A model generated the notes under the pieces. The model searched no databases. It had not been told where the DNA came from and saw only the letters and a program-made list of their open reading frames with translations. From NCBI GenBank assembly GCA_029907205.1, contig JARYMI010000016.1, positions 959 through 64,958 of the forward strand: 64,000 bases of DNA. The letters run 5' to 3'. A program made the position numbers and the translations under genes. Positions 28,495 through 38,043 of this stretch are shown one piece after another. Source of the stretch: Clostridiales bacterium (GTDB lineage: Bacteria; Acidobacteriota; Aminicenantia; Aminicenantales; UBA8522). The first letter of the stretch is position 1; each line of letters starts with the position of its first letter.

Positions 28495-28824
28495 TTAGCT
28501 CCGGCAGACCAACCCGTTCTTCTGGCATTTAATGACGGTCGGAGCTGATATCGAACAGGCGGCGGTATCCGTGTCGGCAAAAAGGATTTGGACAACATGC
28601 GTGCCGGCTGAAAGCGTCCATTCCTTGGTGCTTCCGGCCCCGACAATGCCATAGTTAATGCCGTTGATTATAATTTTGTAAGCCCTTCCTGATTGCGACT
28701 GGTTTTCGACATAAAAAATTCCCGTATTGTTTTTTTCACATTCTTCCATCAAGGCCTCGCAGGCCGGCATTAGGGCTAAGGAGATAAAAATCGATACGAG
28801 AAATATGGCGTTTTCTTTCTTCAT
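28495..28824 (-). CDS. Small secreted Cys-containing protein, unknown function
   Basis: MKKENAIFLVSIFISLALMPAC signal peptide. 109 aa. No recognisable domain. Confidence 0.4.
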   Translation of the reverse strand: MKKENAIFLVSIFISLALMPACEALMEECEKNNTGIFYVENQSQSGRAYKIIINGINYGIVGAGSTKEWTLSAGTHVVQILFADTDTAACSISAPTVIKCQKNGLVCRS

Positions 28825-29004
28825 GGTCGACACCTCGGCTCTCAATAAAAATGCTTATTTGCAATGATGATGATTTTGCGACAGCGAGTCAATCACCCCA
28901 TGGGGGGATTTTGAAGGTGATTTTTCTCCCCCGCCCCCTAATCAGAAGGATATCCATGAACCTAAGAAGAGGTTAATGATCGCCTTGAAACAGGAAGGTC
29001 TCGG

Positions 29005-29427
29005 TTAGAAGCGGCCGGTGGAGCCGAACCCGCCCTCCCCGCGGGTCGTTTCGTCTAACTCTTCCACCTCGACGACCTCCACTGTCACGACCGGCTGGAT
29101 GAGCATCTGGGCGATCTTCATCCCTCTCTGGATGGCGAAGGGCTCGCCGCCGAGGTTCGCCATGACGACGCGGACTTCTCCCCTGTATCCAGCATCGACG
29201 ACTCCAGCCAGGCGGTGGACGCCCCGCAGGGAGAGACCGCTCTTGTCCCAGATGAGGCCGACATAGCCCTCCGGGATGGCCATCTTGATCCCCGTCGGGA
29301 TCGCCTTCACTTCTCCCGCCCCGATCACATCATCAACCGCAGAAAAGAGATCGAGCCCCGCGTCCCCCGGGTGATGATAGATAGGCAGCCTCGCTTCTGG
29401 AGTTATTTTGTTTATTTTAAGTTTCAT
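29005..29427 (-). CDS. dut: dUTP diphosphatase
   Basis: AGLDL, GLIWDKSGL and R-x-GGFGSTG dUTPase motifs. 140 aa. Confidence 0.9.
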   Translation of the reverse strand: MKLKINKITPEARLPIYHHPGDAGLDLFSAVDDVIGAGEVKAIPTGIKMAIPEGYVGLIWDKSGLSLRGVHRLAGVVDAGYRGEVRVVMANLGGEPFAIQRGMKIAQMLIQPVVTVEVVEVEELDETTRGEGGFGSTGRF

Positions 29428-29479
29428 GGCATGAATCCCCTAAACTCTTATAACCTGATGTATTCGCAAATTATCCCAG

Positions 29480-29517
29480 AAAGCTGCTCCCTCTCCCCGA
29501 CCCTCTCCTATATAGGG
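29480..29517 (+). terminator. GC-rich hairpin plus T8 run (intrinsic-terminator-like) between dut and nrdG
   Basis: ccctctcc-tatata-gggagaggg followed by gattttttttctc. Confidence 0.45.
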
Positions 29518-29558
29518 AGAGGGGATTTTTTTTCTCTCATTTCGTGAACAGTTCAGGT

Positions 29559-30257
29559 CTAGACCCCTTCGACCCGGACTTCGCCAAAATACGGCTTTAT
29601 AATTTTAGTCATTCTATCGATTTCATCAATTTCATAGGGTTTAACGTGGAGATAGTTCCGGTCAATCGGGTTCTTCGTTGAAAACTGCTGGATCTGGAAG
29701 GTCTTCGCCCCCTTGAGCATCGCCGCAATCTCGACGAGGTCCTCTTCTCCGACGAGGCCGGGCACGACCGTCGTCCTGAACATGTAAGGCAGGCCAGAAG
29801 TCCTGATAATCTCGATACTCCGAGCGATCTTCTCTTCCATTCCAGCGGCGCGCACAACCTGAGCATACCGCCTCAGCGGCGCCTTGATATCCATGGCCAG
29901 GTAGTCCACCAGTTTCTTTCCGATGAGTTCTTCCAGCCGCTCCGGGAACGAGCCGTTCGTGTCCACTTTAACAAGAAGATTGCGGTCTTTGATCACCCGG
30001 CAGAGGACCTCGAGGTCTTCCTGGAGGAGCGGCTCACCGCCGCTGAGGCAGACAGCTTCAAGCCAGCCACGCCGCGAATCGAGATGGCTCACGAAATAAT
30101 CGAGCGGCATTGTCGGGAGCGATTCTGGCCGCAGGACAAGGTCAGCGTTGTGGCAATAGGGACAGCGAAAATTGCACCCGGCCAGAAAAACGGTTGAGGA
30201 GATAAACCCCGGGTAATCAAGCGGAGCGAACTTTTCTAAACCCTTAATTTCAACCAA
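29559..30257 (-). CDS. nrdG: Anaerobic ribonucleoside-triphosphate reductase activating protein (radical SAM)
   Basis: CNFRCPYCHN radical-SAM cluster motif. 232 aa. Adjacent to nrdD. Confidence 0.85.
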   Translation of the reverse strand: MVEIKGLEKFAPLDYPGFISSTVFLAGCNFRCPYCHNADLVLRPESLPTMPLDYFVSHLDSRRGWLEAVCLSGGEPLLQEDLEVLCRVIKDRNLLVKVDTNGSFPERLEELIGKKLVDYLAMDIKAPLRRYAQVVRAAGMEEKIARSIEIIRTSGLPYMFRTTVVPGLVGEEDLVEIAAMLKGAKTFQIQQFSTKNPIDRNYLHVKPYEIDEIDRMTKIIKPYFGEVRVEGV

Positions 30258-30502
30258 GAGTCGAGCTCCAGGTGGTCGTTGAAGATGCCGAGCACCTTTC
30301 CGTCCTCGCGCAGGACAAAGACCGGGATGACGATCGCTCCCTTCTCATCGCGCTTGATCTGGCCGAGGAATTCCCTTATCCGCAGCTTGCTCTCTTTCTG
30401 GGCCAAGCTGAGTTCCTGGCCTCCGAGTTTGGTCTCCTTCAGGTAATTCTTGAAGGCGTCGCACCTATCGCAATTCGGGTACGTGAAAAGGAGATAGTCC
30501 AT
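30236..30502 (-). CDS. Glutaredoxin-like small redox protein (NrdH-like)
   Basis: 88 aa. YPNCDRC CxxC active site near the N-terminus. Located between nrdD and nrdG. Confidence 0.6.
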   Translation of the reverse strand: MDYLLFTYPNCDRCDAFKNYLKETKLGGQELSLAQKESKLRIREFLGQIKRDEKGAIVIPVFVLREDGKVLGIFNDHLELDSWLKLRV

Positions 30503-30505
30503 GGC

Positions 30506-32581
30506 TCAGAAAAGCTTCTCGTAAGGAGTTCTGTCCCTAAACTCTTGCTGCTTGCCGTCGTTCCAGGTCCGCACGGGCCGGAGATAGCCGACAATCCTTG
30601 AGTAGACCTCTGTCTGCGACCCGCACTTCGGGCAGGAGGGATGCCGGCCCCTGAGGTAGCCGTGGTTGTCGCAGACGGAAAAAGTCGGTGTGATGCTGAA
30701 GTACGGAATCTTGGTCTCGGCAATCTTTCGCACGAGCTTGCGGCAGGTCTCGCGGTCGATCGACTCCGGCAAGAACGTGTGGAAGATCGTTCCGCCCGTG
30801 TAAAGACACTGAATGTCCTGCTGGTGCCGGATGGCCTCGAAGACATCGCGGGTGGCGTCGACATTGAGCTGAGTGGAGTTCGTGAGATAGGGGTACTTGT
30901 CCGTCCCGGCCGTGATGATATTCTTGTATTTTTCCCGGTCCAGGCGGGCCAAGCGGTAGGACGTGCTCTCGGCAGGCGTGGCCTCGAGGTTGTAGAGGTT
31001 TCCGGTCTCTTCCTGAAACTTCTGGAGCACTCCTTTCATAAAGGTCAGCGTCTCGATGGCGAATTCCTTGCCCTCCGGCGTTCCGACCCCTTTGCCCAGG
31101 AAGTTCAGGCAGGCCTCGTGCATCCCGCAGACGCCGATTGTCGAGAAATGGTTGTCGAAGTGTCCGAGATAGACCATCGTGTAGGGAATGAGGCCTTTAG
31201 CCAGCATGCTGTTAACTACTTCCCGCTTCGTCTCCAGGGATTCCTTGGCCAAGACCATGAGCTCACGCAGCTTGGAGAAAAATTCCTCCCTCGAGTTCGC
31301 TTCGTAACCGACCCGGTTGAGGTTGATCGTGACGACCCCGATCGACCCCGTCGAATCCCCCGGCCCCCAGATGTTTCCCGGCCGCCGCAGAAGCTCTCGT
31401 TGGTCGAGGTTGAGGCGGCAGCACATCGCCCGGATGTCGCCCGGGTTCAGGTTTGTCCCGATGTAATTCTGGAAATAGGGAATCCCGTACTTGGCTGTCG
31501 CCTCGAAAAGCAAATCGGCGATGGGCGAATCCCAGGCGAAATCCCTGGAGATGTTGTACGTCGGGATGGGAAAGGTGAAAACGCGGCCCTTCTGGTCTCC
31601 CTCGATCATCAGCTCCAGGAAGGACCGGTTGATCATGTCGATTTCTTCCTGATAATCGCCGTATGTTGAGTCGAGCTCCACGCCCCCGACAACAACGCGC
31701 TTGTCCTTCATATCCTCCGGCACGGTCAGGTCAAAGGTCAGGTTGGAGAACGGCGTCTGCCACCCCCAGCGCGACGGGACGTTGAGCCCGAAGATGAGCT
31801 TCTGGACATCTTGCTTGACTCTGTCATAATCGAGCTTATCGGCCCGGACAAACGGCGCCAAGAGCGTGTCAACCGAGGAGAAGGCCTGGGCGCCGGCGAA
31901 TTCTCCCTGCATCGTGCCGATGAAATTGACCATGTGGAGAGTGGCCGTTTCTAAATGTTTAGCCGGGTAGGAGTGCACCTGATTGGGGACATGGCCAAAC
32001 CCTTTGCGGAGGAGTTTCTCAAGCGACCAGCCGGCGCAGTAGCCGACAATCGGGTAAGAAAGGTCATGGAGGTGGAATTCTCCTTCGAGATGCGCTTTCT
32101 TGATTCTCTCGGAATAGAGCTGGTTGAGAGCAAAATTGGACAGGACCTCGCCCGAGACGCGAGCGTTGAGCCCTGAAAAGCTCATCACGCCTTCGTTGCT
32201 GTTCTCCCTGATTTTCCAGTCTACGTCGTTGATGTAATCCTTGATCAACCGCTCGAGGTTGATCCCTGTTTTCTTGGCCTCGCGGATGGATTTGTGCCTC
32301 TCGCGGTAGAGGATGTAGGATTTGGCCACCTCGTGGTAACCCTGTTTCATCAGCACCATTTCCACGATGTCCTGGATCTGTTCGACCGAAGGGATTGTGT
32401 AGCCTCCGAACTTGTCTTCGAGCATGAACGTCGCGATATCCGAGACGGTCTTGGCGGCAGCGCGGTCTGTTATGCCGTTTGCCTCCATCGCTTTATAGAC
32501 GGCATTGGTTATCTTATCCTGGACGAAATCGACGACGGTCCCGTCTCTTTTTTTGATCCTGGAAACACCCCGGGTCATCAA
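30506..32581 (-). CDS. nrdD: Anaerobic ribonucleoside-triphosphate reductase (class III RNR)
   Basis: N-terminal ATP-cone. C-terminal CPKCGS zinc ribbon and RIVGYLRP glycyl-radical motif. 691 aa. Confidence 0.9.
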   Translation of the reverse strand: MMTRGVSRIKKRDGTVVDFVQDKITNAVYKAMEANGITDRAAAKTVSDIATFMLEDKFGGYTIPSVEQIQDIVEMVLMKQGYHEVAKSYILYRERHKSIREAKKTGINLERLIKDYINDVDWKIRENSNEGVMSFSGLNARVSGEVLSNFALNQLYSERIKKAHLEGEFHLHDLSYPIVGYCAGWSLEKLLRKGFGHVPNQVHSYPAKHLETATLHMVNFIGTMQGEFAGAQAFSSVDTLLAPFVRADKLDYDRVKQDVQKLIFGLNVPSRWGWQTPFSNLTFDLTVPEDMKDKRVVVGGVELDSTYGDYQEEIDMINRSFLELMIEGDQKGRVFTFPIPTYNISRDFAWDSPIADLLFEATAKYGIPYFQNYIGTNLNPGDIRAMCCRLNLDQRELLRRPGNIWGPGDSTGSIGVVTINLNRVGYEANSREEFFSKLRELMVLAKESLETKREVVNSMLAKGLIPYTMVYLGHFDNHFSTIGVCGMHEACLNFLGKGVGTPEGKEFAIETLTFMKGVLQKFQEETGNLYNLEATPAESTSYRLARLDREKYKNIITAGTDKYPYLTNSTQLNVDATRDVFEAIRHQQDIQCLYTGGTIFHTFLPESIDRETCRKLVRKIAETKIPYFSITPTFSVCDNHGYLRGRHPSCPKCGSQTEVYSRIVGYLRPVRTWNDGKQQEFRDRTPYEKLF

Positions 32582-32815
32582 GCGCCTCCTTTCCTCTCTC
32601 CAAATAGCGGAAACCGGTCAAGAAACCATCAATATGAATGCCATATCTTGTATAAGTTGATGGTTCTTTCTACAAAATATTGTATTTTGCGCCAGAAAAT
32701 TTACTCCCAATTTTGGAGCTTGTCAAGGGGTTAGGGCGACTTTTTTTGCTTTTTTTTGAAAAAATTTTTGTCTATGCTATCTACGGATGAAAAAAGCCTG
32801 AAAAAGAGGTCCCGA

Positions 32816-33211
32816 ATGAAAAGATTAGACATCTCAACTTCTGCGAAAGAAGCCTTTATCGACATCACGGCCAAGGTGGATGAGGAAATCCGGAAGGCGC
32901 GAATTGAGGCGGGCGTCTGTCTTATCTATGTCCCTCACACTACGGCAGCGGTGACGATCAACGAGAACGCCGACCCGACAGTGAGGCAGGATTTGTTGAC
33001 GGTCCTGCGGAAAGCGGTTCCCGATTCGCTTCCTTACGCCCATACAGAGGGGAATTCTCCGGCCCATGTCAAGGCCAGCCTGGTCGGCTCCTCGGTTGCC
33101 GTCATCATTGAGGCCGGGGGGATTGCTCTCGGGACTTGGCAGGGCATTTTTTTCTGCGAATTTGACGGCCCGCGCCGGCGCCAGGTCTATCTCAAAATCA
33201 TCCCCTGTTGA
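32816..33211 (+). CDS. YjbQ/UPF0047 family protein
   Basis: 131 aa from the internal ATG (aagagg RBS). Motifs VPHTTAAVTINEN and HVKASLVG are typical of YjbQ. Confidence 0.65.
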   Translation: MKRLDISTSAKEAFIDITAKVDEEIRKARIEAGVCLIYVPHTTAAVTINENADPTVRQDLLTVLRKAVPDSLPYAHTEGNSPAHVKASLVGSSVAVIIEAGGIALGTWQGIFFCEFDGPRRRQVYLKIIPC

Positions 33212-33216
33212 GCTTT

Positions 33217-33822
33217 TTAAAAGGTAAGACCAAGAGCGCGGAGCTCTTTTTCCAAGTCAGTGCGGGGTTGGTAGAGGATAGTCTTGAAGCCGAGATTTGC
33301 GGCTGCCCGGATATTTTCTTCCATGTCGTCAATAAAAACACAGGCCGAAGCCTCGGCCCCGGCACTTTTGAGCGCCTCCTGGTAGATTCTCGGATGAGGT
33401 TTCATTACGCCCACTTCGAAGGAAAGGACGTAAGCATCAAAAATGAGGATCTCGGGGAAATTATCCTTGATGAAACTGAACCGGACGACGTCTGTGTTTG
33501 AGAGAAGGACAAGCCGGTATTTTCCCCTGAGCTTTTTATAGAGCTCAAGAACTGGCGGGTTGAGCCAGAAGACGTCTGTGTAGGCGGCGAAAAAATCCTC
33601 GTAGTTTACTGATGCATTAAGCTCAGCAGTGGCACGGTCATAGAACTGCTGCGGCGTTATTCTCCCCGTATCGAAAAGTTCAATCATCTCTGCCCGGCGG
33701 TGGACGACTTCCCTGATCTTTTCCTCGGAGAGAGAACAGGTGGCCGCGATTTTCCGGAAGAAAATTGCGTTATCGAACCAGAGAACGACTTTGCCAAGGT
33801 CAGAGATGATTGTCCGGATCAT
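33217..33822 (-). CDS. HAD-superfamily hydrolase (subfamily IA-like)
   Basis: N-terminal DLGKV (DxG/D-type motif I), later LLSNT and a C-terminal DD motif. 201 aa. Confidence 0.6.
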   Translation of the reverse strand: MIRTIISDLGKVVLWFDNAIFFRKIAATCSLSEEKIREVVHRRAEMIELFDTGRITPQQFYDRATAELNASVNYEDFFAAYTDVFWLNPPVLELYKKLRGKYRLVLLSNTDVVRFSFIKDNFPEILIFDAYVLSFEVGVMKPHPRIYQEALKSAGAEASACVFIDDMEENIRAAANLGFKTILYQPRTDLEKELRALGLTF

Positions 33823-33837
33823 CAGAGACGCCTTCGA

Positions 33838-35145
33838 TCACGACGCTTGAGCCAGCCTTGTCGGGAGTTCTATTCCCGTGCCCTCCTTCCTGGCTGCTCG
33901 CTTAAGGAGCAGGGAGAAGATGAGGCCCATGAAGCCGAGCAAAGCGAACATCAGGATGGTGTTCGTGTAATCGCCGTCAGCCAGGTCAGTCAGCCGGCCT
34001 GCCAGCCAGTTGAACAGGGTCAGCCCGACATTTTGGATCAAGGTCATCAGCCCGAAGGCTGTTCCCAGCCGCTTTTCCTCGACCATAATCGGGATCGCCG
34101 GCCACATGGCCGCAGGGACAAGGGAGAAAGAAATCCCGAGCACAACCATGGCCGCCGCGGGCGCAAAATGGGTCAGGCCCAGGGAAAGATGAACAGGCAC
34201 TAAAATTAGCGAGCCTAAGATCATCATCGTTGCCCGCCTGCCTATTTTATCGGCCAAAAACCCGAACACGGGCGTAAAAACCATCGAGCCGGAGATGACG
34301 AGCGAAGTATAGAACCCGCCCTTGACCGCGCTGAACCCGAACTTTGTCTGGAGGAACACGGTCGAGAACGCTGTAAACGGGAAGATGGCCGAGTAGAAGG
34401 TCATGCACAGGAGGGAGACAAACCAGAAGGAGGGCTTGAACCGGAAGACATCCCGCAAGACAAATTTATCCTCTCCTGCGGCGGCTTTTTCCTTCATAAA
34501 ATATTTTTCGTTCGCCCTGTCAAGGCCAGAATAGATAAAAAAGAGAGCAAAACTGACGAACATGATGATGGAGGAAACCCAGATGGCCAGCCGCCAGGAA
34601 CCACTCCACTCCTGAATCCTGGCCGCGGAATTGAGAGCGGCGAACGTTCCCAGACGGGCGACGGTCAGATTAAGGCCGAAGGCAAGAGCCAGCTCTTTTC
34701 CCCTGAACCACTTGGAAAGAACCTTGCTCTGGGTGATGATGAGCGACTCGGAGCCGAGTCCATAGATTAGCCTACCGACAAGCATCATCGAAAATGCTTG
34801 GCTCGCGGCGGTCAGAAAAACGCCCGCTGCGCAGAGGGCAGCAAACAAGGTCCCTGCTTTTCGGATGCCAATCTTGTCTAACAGGATGCCGCCGATAAGG
34901 ACCATGATGAAATTGGGCAGGTAATAGAAACTGAACAGAAGCCCATACTGAGCCCGCGTGATGTTCATCCCCTTCATGATGAAATCGGCAATCGGGCTCA
35001 CAGCATCGTACGCATAATAGGCGCCAAAAATGACCAGGCCCATGATGAGCAGGACAATCCACCGAAGCCTGTAAACTGTTTCCTTTGTTTCTTCGGGCAT
35101 GCTCATGTCATCCGTCCATTTAAGGATCCATAATGCGATTTTCAC
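33838..35145 (-). CDS. MFS transporter (12 TM)
   Basis: About 12 hydrophobic helices. MFS-like G-x3-D-(R/K)-x-G-R motif (FLADKIGRR). The start may be at an internal ATG. Confidence 0.65.
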   Translation of the reverse strand: MKIALWILKWTDDMSMPEETKETVYRLRWIVLLIMGLVIFGAYYAYDAVSPIADFIMKGMNITRAQYGLLFSFYYLPNFIMVLIGGILLDKIGIRKAGTLFAALCAAGVFLTAASQAFSMMLVGRLIYGLGSESLIITQSKVLSKWFRGKELALAFGLNLTVARLGTFAALNSAARIQEWSGSWRLAIWVSSIIMFVSFALFFIYSGLDRANEKYFMKEKAAAGEDKFVLRDVFRFKPSFWFVSLLCMTFYSAIFPFTAFSTVFLQTKFGFSAVKGGFYTSLVISGSMVFTPVFGFLADKIGRRATMMILGSLILVPVHLSLGLTHFAPAAAMVVLGISFSLVPAAMWPAIPIMVEEKRLGTAFGLMTLIQNVGLTLFNWLAGRLTDLADGDYTNTILMFALLGFMGLIFSLLLKRAARKEGTGIELPTRLAQAS

Positions 35146-35373
35146 AATGGGCGCTGGATGCCGCCCAAAAGCCCCCGTAGCGGAGGGGGGACCCGTCGGC
35201 TTCTCCGACGGGGGGAACCGACGGGACTGGTTCCCCGGGGGCCGGGGGCCGAGGGTGGCATCCGGTGCCCATTAGACTCACACGGACAGAACGGTTGCGC
35301 CGTCCATTTTGTTCTCGCAATGTCCTTGAAAATTATGATAATACTATCCCGATGTCAAGAATTTTCACGATAT

Positions 35374-35560
35374 GAGAGCATCTCAAATTCTGTGATGGAT
35401 AAATAATTTGAAAGAACGGGTGTCACGGCGCGTCCCCGTCCGTCCTCGCTCCACCCATCCCCCGTGGGGGAACCCCTTACGCTGCGGGCGTTGCGGGGCT
35501 GACGCCGTGCCACCCCTTCTTTCATAGCCCATCAAATTATCACAGAATTTGAGATGCATC
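35374..35560. repeat. 187-bp unit bounded by a perfect 19-bp inverted repeat (GCATCTCAAATTCTGTGAT) enclosing a GC-rich hairpin-rich core. Possible second MITE family or looped operator pair.
   Basis: Arm 1 at 35374-35398. Arm 2 (reverse complement) at 35529-35560. The core 35415-35520 is much more GC-rich than its flanks. Confidence 0.5.
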
Positions 35561-35610
35561 TTTATGATATCAGTGAGACTTCGCAAGCAGGTCATGAAAG
35601 GAGGATAATC

Positions 35611-37317
35611 GTGAAAGTTTTGTCGAGAAACAAAGGATTCTCATCTATCCGGTTTATCCTGACGCTCGCCGGGTTCATCACCCTGGTCGTCGGAGGGGCA
35701 CTGGCGTTGTATTTTACTAAAGGAAAAACGATCACGACTCAGGATATTGCTTCTGCAGAGAAAATCATCAACCTCCGCTTCACCCAGAAAGAAAGAAAAA
35801 TGATGCGGGAAAACCTCAGGGAGAACGCGTCTGATTATGCCAAGCTGCGGGATGTCAGCCTGGCAAACAGCGTGCCGCCTGCTCTCACCTTCAACCCTGT
35901 AGTCCCCGGTTTGATTCTTAAAAAGGACATAAAAGATAGAACGGCTATCACCCTTCATGAAAACCCGACTATCGAACGGCCAGCCGACCTCGAGGACCTG
36001 GCTTTTTATCCGGTCACAGCCCTGGCTCAGCTCATCCGGTCGGGCCATGTCAGCTCTACCGAACTTACCAAAATGTATCTCCGCAGGCTTAAAAAGTACG
36101 GGCCCCGGTTGGAATGTGTTGTTACGCTGACAGAAGACCTGGCGCTCGAGCAAGCGAAAAAAGCCGACGAAGAGATCGCCGCGGGCCGCTACCGCGGCCC
36201 GCTCCACGGCATTCCCTGGGGGGCAAAGGACCTTCTATCCACCAAGGGAATCAAAACGACCTGGGGCGCCCGGCCTTACAAAGATCAGGTCATTGATGAG
36301 GACGCGACTGTGGTCAAACGCCTGGAGGAAGCGGGCGCGGTGCTCGTTGCCAAGCTGAGCATGGGAGCTTTGGCCTGGGGGGATGTCTGGTTCGGCGGAA
36401 AAACCAAAAACCCTTGGAATTATGAGGAAGGGTCGAGCGGCTCGTCGGCCGGCTCAGCCGCAGCCACGGCTGCCGGGCTTGTCGGGTTTGCTATCGGCAC
36501 AGAGACGTGGGGGTCGATCGTCTCTCCCTCAACGCGCTGCGGCGTCACTGGACTGCGGCCGACCTATGGCCGCGTCAGCCGCACAGGAGCCATGGCTCTG
36601 AGCTGGAGCATGGACAAGATCGGCCCGATCTGCCGCTCGGTTGAGGACTGCGCCTTGGTGTTTGAGGCCATTCATGGACCGGACGGCCAGGACCTCACCG
36701 TCGTTGACTTCCCTTTCTTTTGGGACCCAACGCTCGACTTGAAGACAATCCGGGTCGGCTATTTGAAGAAGGCTTTCGAGAGAGACTACCCGACCAAGAA
36801 AAATGATGAGGCTTCTCTCGACCTCATCCGCGGCCTTGGCGTTGAGCTTCTCCCGTTCGAGCTTCCTGAAAACCTGCCTGTCGATTCTCTGGCCTTTATC
36901 TTAAACGCTGAGGCGGCCGCCGCTTTTGATGAGCTGACCAGGTCCAACCGCGATGATTTGCTTGTGCGTCAGGTCCGGAACGCCTGGCCGAATGTCTTCA
37001 GGCAGGCCAGATTCATTCCCGCGGTTGAATACATCCAGGCCAACAGAATCCGGACCCTCCTCATGAAGGAAATGGCCAAAAGGATGGCCGCAATCGACGT
37101 CTATATCGCTCCCTCATTTGGCAGCAACAATCTCCTCTTCACCAACCTGACCGGCCATCCAGCGGTGGTCGTGCCCAACGGCTTCAATGAGAAGGGCTCG
37201 CCAACGAGCCTATCTTTTATCGGTAACCTCTACGAGGAAGCCAAAGCCCTCCGACTGGCCCTGGCCTTCCAGCAAGCGACTGATTTTCACCTGAAACATC
37301 CTGAGCTTAAAGAGTGA
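35611..37317 (+). CDS. Amidase-signature family amidase with N-terminal membrane anchor
   Basis: GGSSGGSAAATAAG amidase signature and catalytic Ser/Lys context. GTG start with an aaaggagg RBS. About 568 aa. Confidence 0.8.
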   Translation: MKVLSRNKGFSSIRFILTLAGFITLVVGGALALYFTKGKTITTQDIASAEKIINLRFTQKERKMMRENLRENASDYAKLRDVSLANSVPPALTFNPVVPGLILKKDIKDRTAITLHENPTIERPADLEDLAFYPVTALAQLIRSGHVSSTELTKMYLRRLKKYGPRLECVVTLTEDLALEQAKKADEEIAAGRYRGPLHGIPWGAKDLLSTKGIKTTWGARPYKDQVIDEDATVVKRLEEAGAVLVAKLSMGALAWGDVWFGGKTKNPWNYEEGSSGSSAGSAAATAAGLVGFAIGTETWGSIVSPSTRCGVTGLRPTYGRVSRTGAMALSWSMDKIGPICRSVEDCALVFEAIHGPDGQDLTVVDFPFFWDPTLDLKTIRVGYLKKAFERDYPTKKNDEASLDLIRGLGVELLPFELPENLPVDSLAFILNAEAAAAFDELTRSNRDDLLVRQVRNAWPNVFRQARFIPAVEYIQANRIRTLLMKEMAKRMAAIDVYIAPSFGSNNLLFTNLTGHPAVVVPNGFNEKGSPTSLSFIGNLYEEAKALRLALAFQQATDFHLKHPELKE

Positions 37318-37377
37318 AGGTTCATGATTAGCCCGTTTTTCCGCGGGGGCGGGGCTTATAGATCAGCCGGCTCTTAT

Positions 37378-37800
37378 CTAAAGCTTTTCCCTTATGCCAG
37401 CGGCCTTAGCCGAAACTCCCAAGTCGGGGACACTTATGATGCCATCCTTCGTGTCGACTCCGACTTTGAATTCCGCCCTGACCAGCCTCGCCACGCCGTC
37501 CGGAGGAGTCGGCGATCTGAACTCGAAGCTTAGGTTTTCCCCATCATAAACGATCTCAGAAACAGGAACATCGGTAAAGTAGCCCTGGGATTCGCTGATT
37601 GTTCCCTCGAGAGTTCCGTTCACGTTCCTCAGGTTCAGAGTGAGATAGAAGTACTCCCCGTCAGCATCAATCTCAATCTTCCAAGCGCCGATGATTTTGC
37701 CGTAATCCGGAGCCTGCTGCACCCCCTGCGAAAAAGAAAAACACATTGAGAGGAAGAAGATGAAGGCGACCAGAAAGGGGAAACGACGTTTGTTCATCAA
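37378..37800 (-). CDS. Secreted hypothetical protein (lipocalin-like size)
   Basis: Signal peptide MMNKRRFPFLVAFIFFLSMCFS. 140 aa. No motif recognised. Confidence 0.4.
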   Translation of the reverse strand: MMNKRRFPFLVAFIFFLSMCFSFSQGVQQAPDYGKIIGAWKIEIDADGEYFYLTLNLRNVNGTLEGTISESQGYFTDVPVSEIVYDGENLSFEFRSPTPPDGVARLVRAEFKVGVDTKDGIISVPDLGVSAKAAGIREKL

Positions 37801-38043
37801 AACCTCCTGTTTCGCAGCCGTTTCTCAAACAGCTTTTTTTATATTTTAAGGTTGTATTATCTCCGATGGCAAGCCTCTCATACAAGAAAATTTTTTCGAT
37901 CTGCCCACGCCATAACCTTCTATCTTGGATACGAAAAAACGAGCCGAAGGGTTGCCCGACTTCCCGTTTTGTCCATAGGCAAGACCTCTTGTTGACATCA
38001 TTTCCTCCTTGACAAGGCCAGGAGAGATTTTAGAAGATTCGAA

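Noticed and set aside
35120-35595. Three small ORFs (66-82 aa) in the GC-rich intergenic block upstream of the amidase
   Set aside because: They overlap each other on both strands and have no RBS. The region is better explained as a structured non-coding or repeat element.
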